Part shown: positions 51,736 through 63,065 of the stretch, piece by piece
How positions within the stretch are numbered: position 1 is the first letter of the stretch
Layout: each line of letters opens with the position of its first letter
Assembly: GCA_951406725.2 (NCBI GenBank)
Contig: OX597821.1
Coordinates: forward strand, 113,584,001 to 113,648,000
Direction of reading: 5' to 3'
DNA length: 64,000 bases
Source of the DNA: Octopus vulgaris
Taxonomy: Eukaryota
Notes under the pieces: model-generated
What the model was told of the DNA's origin: nothing
What the model saw: only the letters and a program-made list of their open reading frames with translations
Database searches by the model: none
Position numbers and translations under genes: made by a program

Positions 51736-51857
51736 GATGTTCCGGCTGAGATTTTGCGGAATGTATCTGATCAACTGAGACAGCTGCAACCTGTTCCGAA
51801 ATATCTGGACGATTATACAAAGGAAGAAATTGAAAATTTCCCCAAACTTTTTGATTG
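51736..51857 (+). CDS. MRPL13: MRPL13 penultimate exon
   Basis: ttttctAG acceptor, GTAAGT donor at 51858. DVPAEILRNVSDQLRQLQPVPKYLDDYTKEEIENFPKLFD matches the mitochondria-specific C-terminal P..IL.N......VPK.LD.YT.EEI..FP.L. 122 nt. Confidence 0.95.
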
Positions 51858-52122
51858 GTAAGTCATTAGAATTTTTTCCTTAAATAGACAGCCTTCTCTG
51901 ATATTTGAAATCATCATCACCACCATCCAACTACCATCATCATCATTTTCATTCCCCACCACTATCATCATTATTATTCAACATCTGCTTTCCATGATGA
52001 CACTGGATGGTTTGACAGGATCTGACAGGTCCAAGGACTTCTTTGTACTCCAGTGTCTCCTTTGGCATGGTTTCTTTTGCTGGATGCCCTTTCAAATGCC
52101 ATCCACTTTTATACTGAGTACT

Positions 52123-52349
52123 TTAACCCTTTAGTATTTAAACCGGCCATATCCGGCCAAAATAGCTAATCCGTTTTATGTTCAAACTGACAAGATCCAG
52201 GCTCTCACACCTACCCTACAATGTTATTCTACATTAAGTAATTACACCATCAAGATCTTGAAGATATGAGATAATGCATGATTAATTCAAATCAATGGGA
52301 ATCGATAAGCATTATGTTTAATTGAATAATCTGAACATTAAAGGGTTAA
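52123..52349 (+). mobile_element. Complete piggyBac-like MITE (~220 bp) with TTAA TSD
   Basis: TTAA-CCCTTTAGT...ATTAAAGGG-TTAA. Relatives at ~9712, 33455-33685, 45493-45675, 45945-46510 and 49862-50260. Confidence 0.85.
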
Positions 52350-53489
52350 TGTGGTTTTCCTCTACAAATGAGGTTGGAATGGTTCAAAGATTATTTAGCT
52401 TCTGCCTCCTATTTCTGTCGTCTCATCAGAGAAACACAACTTGGCATCTCCACAGAAAGAGATTAATAGGACTAATGAAAAATAAAATAAAATTTTGTTT
52501 AAGTTGTGCTTTCAAAAACTGTGTGAAATGCCACATTTGGCATCAGTGTGTTCAGTCTGGCTGTCCTTGGTGGAGAAGTGGAATTCATACAGACACTGCA
52601 GCTAAACAAACAACGATGATAACTTATTCGTTTTGCTGGTCATGAAACCGCATTATCATATTTATGTATTTCATGGAAACAACGTTAGGTTGAGTATAAT
52701 TTGTGAGGAATGTCTGTCGAAAGTGATGTGGAAACGAAACGAAGAAGGTGAAGAATTGTTTGTCTGTCGGGTGTTCTTGAACTTTAAAGGTGAAGAATTA
52801 TTATTTTTTTCTTAATTCTAATAATTTTGTAATGGTTTAATCAGGCGGAAGAGACTGTGTTTCTGTCATTTGCAGACTGTCTGAGACTGGTGACATTGAT
52901 GCCATTTATGTCTTGTCTGAACAGCTGGAAGTCGGTGTCTGTATAAAAAACATTAGATGCGAAGAGTATTCTCAAAGAGTTGAGACTCTGTATATTCCTT
53001 GCGTTTAGAATTGGTATTCCATATGTGTGTGTGTCATAAGAGACTAAACCAGTTGGTCTCAGGGAAAGCATGTGGCTAAGCTTGCTTCATAACAGTATGG
53101 GTTTGAGTCCAGTCCCACGCCATGGCACATTGGGTAAGTGCCTTCTATTATAGTCCTAGACCAACCAAAGCCCTGTGAGTGGATTTGGTTGATGGAAACT
53201 GAAAGAAGCTGATGGTGTGTGTATGCGTGGATTTGTGTGTGTGTCTGTATGGGGGGGGCGGTTGTGTGTGTGTGTACCTTTACCTTGACATCATGTGATG
53301 GTTGTAAACAAGTTTCACTGTTTTCATACACGTGAGGTTGTTTGTTTCTAGTCTTCTGTGAAAAACATGTCTTGTCATTGGGAAATATTACCTTGCTTGG
53401 AAACAGGTGAGGGTCGCTGATGGGAAGGGTATCCAGCTGTCGGAAATCTGCCTCAACAAATTCTGTATGATCCATGCAAGTACTGGAAA

Positions 53490-53908
53490 TCATCATCATC
53501 ATCATCGTTTAACGTCTGCTTTCCATGCTAGCATGGGTTGGACGATTTTGACTGAGGGCTGGTGAACCAGATGGCTGCACCAGGCTCCAATCTTGATTTG
53601 GCAGAGTTTCTACAGCTGGATGCCCTTCCTAACGCCAACCACTCCGAGAGTGTAGTGGGTGCATTTTACGTGCCACCGGCACGGGGGCCAGTCAGGCGGT
53701 ACTAGCAACGACCTCGCTCGAAATTCTTTTACACATGCCACTAGCACAGGTGCCAGTAAGGCGACGTTGGTAACGATCACGCTCGAATGGTGCCTTTTTA
53801 CGTGCCACTGGCACGGAAGCCAGTTGGCTGCTCTGGCAACGATCACGCTTGGATGGTGCTCTTGGCACCCTACTAGCACGGGGCACAAGTGCCAGTAAGG
53901 CGACGCTG
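53490..53908 (-). mobile_element. RTE 3'UTR / RTE-tailed SINE inserted in another SINE
   Basis: Reverse complement of 1850-2150. The host SINE tail (ggacattaaatga) resumes at ~53910. Confidence 0.8.
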
Positions 53909-55013
53909 TGGACATTAAATGACTGATGATTCTGAGTTCAAATCCTGTCAGCACACACATGCACCACACTCGTACAATTACACTTTTATACTTGTATCAA
54001 CAACAGGCTTCTTTCAGTTTCCATCTACCAAATCCTCTCATAAGGATTTGGTCAGCTCAGGGTTATAGTCGAAAACACTCGCCCAAGGTGACATGTGGTG
54101 TGACTGAACCCAGAACCATGTGGTTTGAGGAGCAAGCTTCTTACCACACAGCCATACCTACACCTTACATCCTCATCCTTATCATCTATCTTGTTTTAAT
54201 GTCCACTTTTCCTTGCTGGCATGGGTCGGATGGATTTCATTGAAGCAGTGTTTCTGTGGCTGGATGCTCTTCCTATCGCCAACCTTCACCTGTTGTCAAG
54301 CAAGGTGATATTCCCCCATCACCTGATATATTCTTACAGAAGACTGAAAACAAATGACACCACTTGTATGAGGGTGGTGCTCATTTACAACCATCACACG
54401 ATGTCAGGACAAGGAGAGACACACAAGCATATGCATAATTCTTTTATTTGTTTCAGTCATTTGACTGCAGCCATGCTGGAGCACAGCCTTTAGTTGAACA
54501 AATCGACCCCAGGACTTATTCTTTGTAAACCTAGTACTTATTATATCAGTCTCTTTTGCTGAAAAGCTAAGTTACGGGGGACATAAACACATCAACATCA
54601 GTTGTCAAGAAATGTTGAGGAGACAAACACAGACACACAAAATATATATATATATATATATATATATGACGGGTTTCTTTCCGTTTCCATCTACCAAATC
54701 CACTCACAAGGTTTTGGTCAGCCCAAGGCTATAGTAGAAGACACATGCCCAAGGTGCCACGCAGAGGGACTGAAACCAGAACCATGTGGTTGGTATGCAA
54801 GCTACTTACCTCATAACCACTCCTGACAAGCTTCTTTCAGTTTCCATCTGCCAAAATCTGTTCACAAGGCTTTGTTCAGCCCAGGGCTATAGTAAAAGAT
54901 ACTTGTCCAAAATGCGATACAGTGGGACGGAATTGGATACCATGTGGCTGAGAGGCAAATATCTTAACCACACAGTCACACCTGCACCAGTTAGTATATA
55001 ACATATATAAGCA

Positions 55014-55370
55014 CAGGTGTGGTAAAGGCTTGCTTCCCAACCACTCGGTTCTGGGTTCAGTCCCACTGTGTGGCACCTTGGGCAAGTGTCTTCTTTTATA
55101 GCCTGAGGCCAACCAAAGCCTTCTAAGTGAATTTGGTAGATGGAAACTGAAAGAAGCCCTTCATATAAATATATGTGTGTTTGTCCCCCACTATACCACT
55201 TCAAAACAGGTGTTGTTTTGTTTACATATCTTTACTTAGCAGTTTGGCAAAAGAGACCGATAGAATAATAACCAAGTATAAAAGAGTGCTGGAGTTAATT
55301 TGTTTACCTAAAATTCCTTAAGGTGGTGCCCCAGCATGGCCATAGTCTAATGACTGAAACAAGTAAAAAT
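55014..55370 (+). mobile_element. tRNA/CORE-type SINE, sense copy
   Basis: Head gtgtggtaaaggcttgcttcccaacc...gggttcagtccc (B-box-like), core gcaccttgggcaagtgtctt, tail gactgaaacaagtaaaa. Confidence 0.8.
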
Positions 55371-55579
55371 ATTAGGAAAAAGACAATTTTGTGTGTGTGT
55401 GTATTAGTTCAAGAAAAAGATTTTTGCTATTTAAGCAACCAGTAAAACACACTTTTCAGTTTGAAAACAACTATTTGAAGCTCAAATCTCATATCAGAGT
55501 CACTCCTTGTAAACATTATTATTAAAATATAAATTATCCAAAAAAAAAAGCCATCTCTACTTATCTTTTCAAACATATA

Positions 55580-56107
55580 TCTATCTATCTCTCTCTCTCT
55601 CTCTCTCTCTCTCCCTCTCTCTCTCTCGCTCTCTCTCTCTCGCTATGTGGTGTCGGTTTCTCCCTCTGTTATCACTGTCTCTCTCTCTCTCTGTATATAT
55701 ATCTCGCCTTCACTCGCTTCCACAGGCTTAGCCAATACGCAGGATGAAAAATATCAGCTAAGTCCTGTTCCTTCTTTTCATTGTTTTTGCAAGTATCATC
55801 ATCACCATCAAGCCTTCTTATTATTATTGTTTCCCCATATATTGGCGTTATCGTTGTCTTTCGTCTCAAATGCTAGCTGAAGCATATAAACTTTCATTCA
55901 CAAAAACTTCGCAAAAACATCTCGTCTCAAATTTGGTCTTTCTTTCTGTCGCTAAATTCTCTAACCCATCTTTTCCCAACTTCCACTCATAGAAACTTAT
56001 GCACACGATCGCAAAGCATTCCATCTCAAATCCTGTCTTTCTTTCTGCCGCCTAAAAATCTCATCTTCTCCCATTGCGCGGTGTCGTTTTTGTCCCTCTG
56101 TTATCAC

Positions 56108-56154
<47 letters not shown>

Positions 56155-56628
56155 CTCTCTCTCGCTATGTGGTGTCGGTTTCTCCCTCTGTTATCACTGT
56201 CTCTCTCTCTCTCTGTATATATATCTCGCCTTCACTCGCTTCCACAGGCTTAGCCAATACGCAGGATGAAAAATATCAGCTAAGTCCTGTTCCTTCTTTT
56301 CATTGTTTTTGCAAGTATCATCATCACCATCAAGCCTTCTTATTATTATTGTTTCCCCATATATTGGCGTTATCGTTGTCTTTCGTCTCAAATGCTAGCT
56401 GAAGCATATAAACTTTCATTTACAAAAACTTCGCAAAAACATCTCGTCTCAAATTTGGTCTTTCTTTCTGTCGCTAAATTCTCTAACCCATCTTTTCCCA
56501 ACTTCCACTCATAGAAACTTATGCACACGATCGCAAAGCATTCCATCTCAAATCCTGTCTTTCTTTCTGCCGCCTAAAAATCTCATCTTCTCCCATTGCG
56601 CGGTGTCGTTTTGTCCCTCTGTTATCAC

Positions 56629-56673
<45 letters not shown>

Positions 56674-57139
56674 ATGTGGTGTCGGTTTCTCCCTCTGTTA
56701 TCACTGTCTCTCTCTCTCTCTGTATATATATCTCGCCTTCACTCGCTTCCACAGGCTTAGCCAATACGCAGGATGAAAAATATCAGCTAAGTCCTGTTCC
56801 TTCTTTTCATTGTTTTTGCAAGTATCATCATCACCATCAAGCCTTCTTATTATTATTGTTTCCCCATATATTGGCGTTATCGTTGTCTTTCGTCTCAAAT
56901 GCTAGCTGAAGCATATAAACTTTCATTCACAAAAACTTCGCAAAAACATCTCGTCTCAAATTTGGTCTTTCTTTCTGTCGCTAAATTCTCTAACCCATCT
57001 TTTCCCAACTTCCACTCATAGAAACTTATGCACACGATCGCAAAGCATTCCATCTCAAATCCTGTCTTTCTTTCTGCCGCCTAAAAATCTCATCTTCTCC
57101 CATTGCGCGGTGTCGTTTTGTCCCTCTGTTATCACTATG

Positions 57140-57178
<39 letters not shown>

Positions 57179-57614
57179 ATGTGGTGTCGGTTTCTCCCTC
57201 TGTTATCACTGTTTCTCTCTCTCTCTGTATATATATCTCGCCTTCACTCGCTTCCACAGGCTTAGCCAATACGCAGGATGAAAAATATCAGCTAAGTCCT
57301 GTTCCTTCTTTTCATTGTTTTTGCAAGTATCATCATCACCATCAAGCCTTCTTATTATTATTGTTTCCCCATATATTGGCGTTATCGTTGTCTTTCGTCT
57401 CAAATGCTAGCTGAAGCATATAAACTTTCATTCACAAAAACTTCGCAAAAACATCTCGTCTCAAATTTGGTCTTTCTTTCTGTCGCTAAATTCTCTAACC
57501 CATCTTTTCCCAACTTCCACTCATAGAAACTTATGCACACGATCGCAAAGCATTCCATCTCAAATCCTGTCTTTCTTTCTGCCGCCTAAAAATCTCATCT
57601 TCTCCCATTGCGCG
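55580..57614. repeat. Tandem array of 4 near-identical ~505-522-bp units
   Basis: Anchor cgctatgtggtgtcgg at 55641, 56163, 56670 and 57175. Units differ mainly in (CT)n length plus a few single-base changes. Confidence 0.95.
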
Positions 57615-57626
57615 GTGCGCCCGCCC

Positions 57627-58075
57627 TCCCACCCCCACCACCAATACCCCCACCCCCACCACCAATACCCCCACCCCCACCACCAATACCCCCACCCCCA
57701 CCACCAATACCCCCACCCCCACCACCAATACCCCCACCCCCACCACCAATATCCCCACCCCCACCACCAATACCCCCACCCCCACCACCAATACCCCCAC
57801 CCCCACCACCAATACCCCCACCCCCAATACCCCCACCACCACCACCAATACCCCCACCACCAATACCCCCACCTCCAATACCCCCACCACCAATACCCCC
57901 ACCACCAATACCCCCACCACCCCCACCACCAATACCCCCACCACCAATACCCCCACCACCAATACCAATACCCCCACCACCACCAATACCACCCCCACCA
58001 CCACCAATACCACCCCCTCCACCAATACCACCCCCACCACCAATACCACCCCCACCACCGCCAATACCACCAATA
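57627..58075. repeat. C-rich VNTR, 21-bp unit CCACCAATACCCCCACCCCCA degenerating to 15/18-mers
   Basis: Directly visible; the minus strand is a run of GGGGG tracts. Confidence 0.95.
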
Positions 58076-58589
58076 CCGGTGAACACTGTTCTCACCATCT
58101 ACACCGGATACTCCCTCCTCCTCCCCACCACCCCTTCCTACCCCTTCTCCTCATATGCTTTCACTGAGAAAAGACAAGCTGCTAGCGTCTCAGCTCATCA
58201 ACCGCCCTCTGATCTTACGCTTCCTCCTGTTTTGAATCTGACACTGCCTCAATCCTACTATCTCCTTCCAGTCCCCTCCATGCCTCGTAATATCCTACGT
58301 TTTTATTTCTTACGAACCTGCACCAACCCTTCCTGCCATCGTTCCTCCTTACCCACCCAACCTTCCCCACACCTACCCATATATATATATACACATCCTA
58401 CGTTTATATTTCTTACGAACCTTCACCAACCTTTCCTGCCATCGTTCCTCCTCCCCCAACCTTCCCCACTGGTGCTCCCCTATATTACCTGCACCCCTTT
58501 ACTATCTCTCCCTCTCTTTTCACTGGTGAAACCTTTCTCAGCTGGACCCCCCCCCCCAACTCAACTCTACCCCGCATCCCGTTGCCCCC

Positions 58590-58851
58590 GTGTCCCTGGC
58601 ACGTTAAAAGCTCGAACCGATCGTGACCGATGCCGGACCCCCCGGCCCCTGTGCAGGTGGCACGTAAAAAGCACCCAATCCACTCACGGAGTGGTTGGCG
58701 TTAGGAAGGGCATCCAGCCGTAGAAACTCTGCCAGAATCAGACTGGAGCCTGGAGCGGCCCCTGGCTTCCCAGACCCCGGTCGAACCGTCCAACCCGTGC
58801 TAGCGCGGAAAACGGACGTTAAACGATGATGATGATGATGATGATGATGAT
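58590..58851 (+). mobile_element. RTE-type tail / SINE copy, CpG-rich variant
   Basis: Same family as 2330-2567 but with CG at many positions where other copies have TG/CA; ends (GAT)n. Confidence 0.85.
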
Positions 58852-59030
58852 ATATATATATATTTTAGTATGTATATCTGTACATATGTGTGTTTGTATG
58901 CCTACAGCATACCACAAAATGCATTTTATGTGTAATGCACAGAATCTTAACACCGAATGTATGTTTATATTCTCAAAACTGAAGCAGAATGTTTGTCACG
59001 ACTAATTATTTTGTTTCTTTATCATTGCAG

Positions 59031-59073
59031 GCCATCGGATTACGCTTACGAGGAACGTGATCAAAAAGCTTAA
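59031..59073 (+). CDS. MRPL13: MRPL13 terminal coding exon
   Basis: Branch-like ACTAAT at ~59001, ttgcAG acceptor. Completes TG|G = W, then PSDYAYEERDQKA-TAA (W.P.DY motif of uL13m). Followed by AATAAA. Confidence 0.9.
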
Positions 59074-59129
59074 GGACCCGCAGACTTTTCAGCGTCACTT
59101 TGTAAAATTCATTTGTGTTCATAGTTTTT

Positions 59130-59147
59130 AATAAAATTAAAAATAAA
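59130..59147 (+). promoter_or_regulatory. Polyadenylation signals of MRPL13
   Basis: AATAAA at 59130-59135 and 59142-59147, ~60 nt after the stop, followed by a GT/T-rich tract at ~59168-59205. Confidence 0.7.
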
Positions 59148-59344
59148 AAAAAATCCCAAAATGCTATTGGTGTTTTTTGTATTCCTTGTTTTTATTTTTT
59201 GTTTTAATGAAAGTAAACCAAGATTTTAAAATCTTTGACATCTGTTGTTGCTGAGATAATAAACAAAATTTTGGTTTTTCTTCCGTCTGTAAGGGTTGCA
59301 GAAGTAAACAACTGGCAACAATGGAAAAGAATTTTCACAAAACA

Positions 59345-59505
59345 AATCATCATCATCGTTGTCGTCATCATCGTCTTCTTCATCATCATCTTCATCTTCA
59401 TCATCTTCATCATCATCATGTTCACCATCATCATCATCATCTTCATCATCCTCATCTTCATCATCTTGATCTTTGTTGTTTTCATCATTGTTGTTGTTGT
59501 TTTGA
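59345..59505. repeat. (CAT/CTT/GTT)n trinucleotide tract
   Basis: Directly visible, downstream of the MRPL13 polyA signal. Confidence 0.9.
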
Positions 59506-59814
59506 TGTCTACTTGTATTGCCAGATGCCGTTCCTGTCGTCAGCACTCAGTTGTTTCCAAATGAGTTTGGTAATCTCCCAGATTTGGAAAACTGACAGCT
59601 TGGAAATATTTTGTGTGAGGAACTGGAAACGAGTGATACGGTTTGATGAGTGTTTTCATTACAAAGATTGTCCAACATGTCACAAAGCCTGATTCTCCTT
59701 TCCTGGTGGATTACAAACCAATGACACTGGCGGGAATGAGCCATCATTCACTACATACATATGTGTGTATAATATACACACACACACACACACACATATA
59801 TACATACACATATG

Positions 59815-61020
59815 TAGAGAAGACCTGGCAATCCAAGTGAGACCATAACCTCGTGGCTTATGCCAGGGGTGTAACCAGCCCACTTATGTGTACCTTTCCT
59901 TCATTGGACATTAAACTCTGCTTGCAAAGACCTGTTGAGGCAAGTGAAATCGAAATCGAAATATAAATTCGATGACTGGCATCTGTGCTAGTGGAGCACT
60001 AAGAGCACCATCTGAGTGTGATCGTTGCCAGAGCAGTTAACTGGCTTCCATGCTGGTGGCACGTAAAAAGCACCATTTAAGTGTGATCATTACCAGCGTC
60101 GCTTTACTGGCACTTGTGCCAGTGGCACGTGAAAAAACATTCAAGCGAGGTCATTGCCAGTGCTGCTGGACTGGCTCCTGTGCAGGTTGATGTGTTTACA
60201 TCCCTGTAACTTAGTAGTTTGGCAAAGAGATCAACAGAATGAGTACTAGGCTTACAAAATGTTCTGGGATTCACTTGTTTGGCTAAACCCCTTCAGTCAA
60301 ATCACTGGAACAAGTAAAAAGCAAAAGACATGCCATGCCCTCATCTGTCCAAACTAAATAGAATACGTGTCACCTGTGCTGGTGGCATGTGTAAAAAGAT
60401 TCGAGCGAGGTCGTTGCCAGTACCGCCTGACTGGCCCCGTGCCGGTGGCACGTAAAAAGCACCCACTACACTCTCGGAGTGGTTGGCGTTAGGAAGGGCA
60501 TCCAGCTGTAGAAACTCTGCCAAATCAAGATTGGAGCCTGGTGCAGCCATCTGGTTTGCCAGCCCTCAGTCAAAATCGTCCAACCCATGCTAACATGGAA
60601 AGCGGACGTTAAACGATGATGCTGATGATGTTACAGAACACGTTAAATATATTTGCAACAATTAGTTGCAGGTTTCTAAATCTATTTCAACCAAATTGAT
60701 GTCATCGGAAAAAACAGTTGAAAATCTGTGTGTTTGTTGTATGTTTTTGACAGCTCATGGCTTGATGGGGTTGACTTTGCTGTTTGTTTTTCCTGGCTTC
60801 AATAAAACAGCTAGCAGAACTTCATTAGGGTCACTTCGGTGAAAATAAGTTTTCCCTAATGTAAATAGAGATGCTTAATTTAGGGCAACAAATCACCCAC
60901 TACACTCTCGGAGTGGCTGGTGTTAGGAAGGGCATCCGTTCGCCTGCCCTCAGTCAAAATCGTCGAACCCATGCTGGCGTGGAAAGCGGACGTTAAACGA
61001 TGATGATGATGAATGATGAA
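59815..61020 (+). mobile_element. Cluster of RTE 3'UTR / SINE copies (59815-60185, 60370-60630, 60895-61020)
   Basis: Same family as 29560-30197. Confidence 0.8.
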
Positions 61021-61088
61021 GAACAATTGTGGAAGAGAAGGAACAGAATCAAATATATGTCTGTGTCTGTCTGTACATGAATACATAT

Positions 61089-61119
<31 letters not shown>

Positions 61120-61203
61120 GATGTATGTATATATGTATATATAGATGTATATATGTATATAGATATATATTTGTATATAGATATATATATGCATATGTAT
61201 GTA

Positions 61204-61239
<36 letters not shown>

Positions 61240-61349
61240 AAATTAGGATAAAATCTTTATTAGAATTTATCAAGTAGTCAGTGTGAAAAAAACCTCATAA
61301 GGGAAAATTATAATTATTCCCTTTAAATATATTTATTTATATGATGATG

Positions 61350-61457
61350 ATGAAGGGCATTACTACACATAAATGCCTCATGCTATGAGGGAATTTTAAG
61401 AGGGACTTTAAGAGTGCCTCATAGTGTGAGGCATTTATGTGTAGTAATGCCCTTCAT
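61350..61457. repeat. 41-bp inverted repeat with 26-nt spacer
   Basis: atgaagggcattactacacataaatgcctcatgctatgagg (61350-61390) versus 61417-61457; two differences. Confidence 0.85.
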
Positions 61458-61596
61458 ATAAATATATGTGTATGTATATATATATGTGTATATATATATA
61501 TATGTGTATGTATATATGTGTGTATATATATATACACACACATATATGTATATATGTGTGTATATATGTATATATGTGTATATGTGTATGTATATA

Positions 61597-61638
<42 letters not shown>

Positions 61639-62644
61639 TATATGTATGTATGTGTGCATGTGTGATAAGAATTTGGAAACTTCAAGAAATATGAAGTAAA
61701 TAATTTTTAACAGTGGCTAAAACTATGAATAACAATGTAGAATATTTGGTTAAAAAAAAAACCTTTGAATGGAATAAAGTCAAAGACTACCAGTGGGATT
61801 TGAACTCACATCTGTAAGCATTTTATATGTGTGTGTATGTACGAGACTGTATTCAGTCTTATGTGCTGTCTGCTTCCAGTACAAAATATTGGCTCTGTGA
61901 ATATATTCTAAAGAGACCAATCTTAACATATAACTAAAGATAATTTGGTATTCTGAAAACATTAAATAGTTCCATTTCAGTAATTAATGAGAAACGAACA
62001 AAATTCTCGTCAATGCCAATATTATTCTAATTAATTGTAATTACATCCACATGTAATCACATCAGTCTTTGGTGAGATAAAGAATTTTGTTTGTTTTGTT
62101 TTCCAAATGTTAGATGAATAGTTGTTGTTATAGATTAATCCCAGGTCAACATAGACAGAGTAGAGCTATGATAAAAAGCAATCCAGTTACGACCATCCCA
62201 TCTTATTCTCAGGCTCACTGCACCAAAGATCTTATTTATGCAAAATGTCTCTTTTTTATTCAAAGACGTTAAGGTGTGATTTTGAAGATATATAACTGCT
62301 ATTTCTAGCAGTCCCTCTCCTTGCTGGGTTGCTTGGGGAGGCATGCTGTCCAAATGGATTCATATTAAATTACTTGCTTATGGGGCATAATTTCAAGTTT
62401 GCTTCTGGCATTTCTTTGTATTTCTAGCTAGAATGCATTGATTCATGTCACCCAACCGTTTGAAATGGTTACCAAAATATCTGTCAGTCTTCACCTTTCA
62501 AACCCAAAGGCTGATCCCTCTTTGTATGTATACCTATTTCGTCTACACCAGTGTTTTGCAACCATTTTTTTTTACCCATGGACCCTTTTGCTCCCTATTT
62601 TACTCAAGTAGACCCCACTAACCATTCCATGTCAAAAAATCTTA

Positions 62645-63065
62645 TATGCTCGAGAAGACCTGTTGAGTCAAGTAAAATCAATATCATAGCTGTGACCAGT
62701 GCACTCTAACTAGCTCCTGTGCCAGTGTCCCCTAACTGGCTCCTGTACCAGTGGCATGTAAAAGCCCCATCCAAACGTAGCCAATGCCAGTGCCCCCTGA
62801 CTGGCGCCCATGCTGGTGGCATGTAAAAAGCACAATCCAAACGTGATCGATGCCAGGCTAGCCTGACTGGCTCCTATGCCAGTGGCACATAAAAAGCACC
62901 CACTACACTCTCAGAGTGGTTGGCATTAAAAAGGGCATCCAGCAGTAGAAACATTGCCAGATCAGACTGGAGCCTGGTGCAGCCTCTGGCTTCCCAGACC
63001 TCAGTCAAACTGTCTAACACATGCCAGCATGGAAAACAGACGTTAAACAATGACGATGATGATGA
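62645..63065 (+). mobile_element. RTE 3'UTR / RTE-tailed SINE copy
   Basis: Same family; ends (GAT)n. Confidence 0.82.

Noticed and set aside
52841-53071. Possible APE endonuclease N-terminus of a LINE on the minus strand
   Set aside because: Similarity too weak to call by eye.
55647-57414. Four identical 65-77 aa ORFs suggesting a tandem gene cluster
   Set aside because: They arise from the 510-bp repeat unit, lack ATG starts and show no recognisable domain.
59226-59546. Acidic D/E-rich ORF on the minus strand
   Set aside because: Product of a (GAT/GAA)n tract; no recognisable domain.
59840-59950. Possible HDV-like ribozyme in the RTE UTR
   Set aside because: I could not build the nested double pseudoknot, and RTE HDV-like ribozymes are expected at the 5' end.
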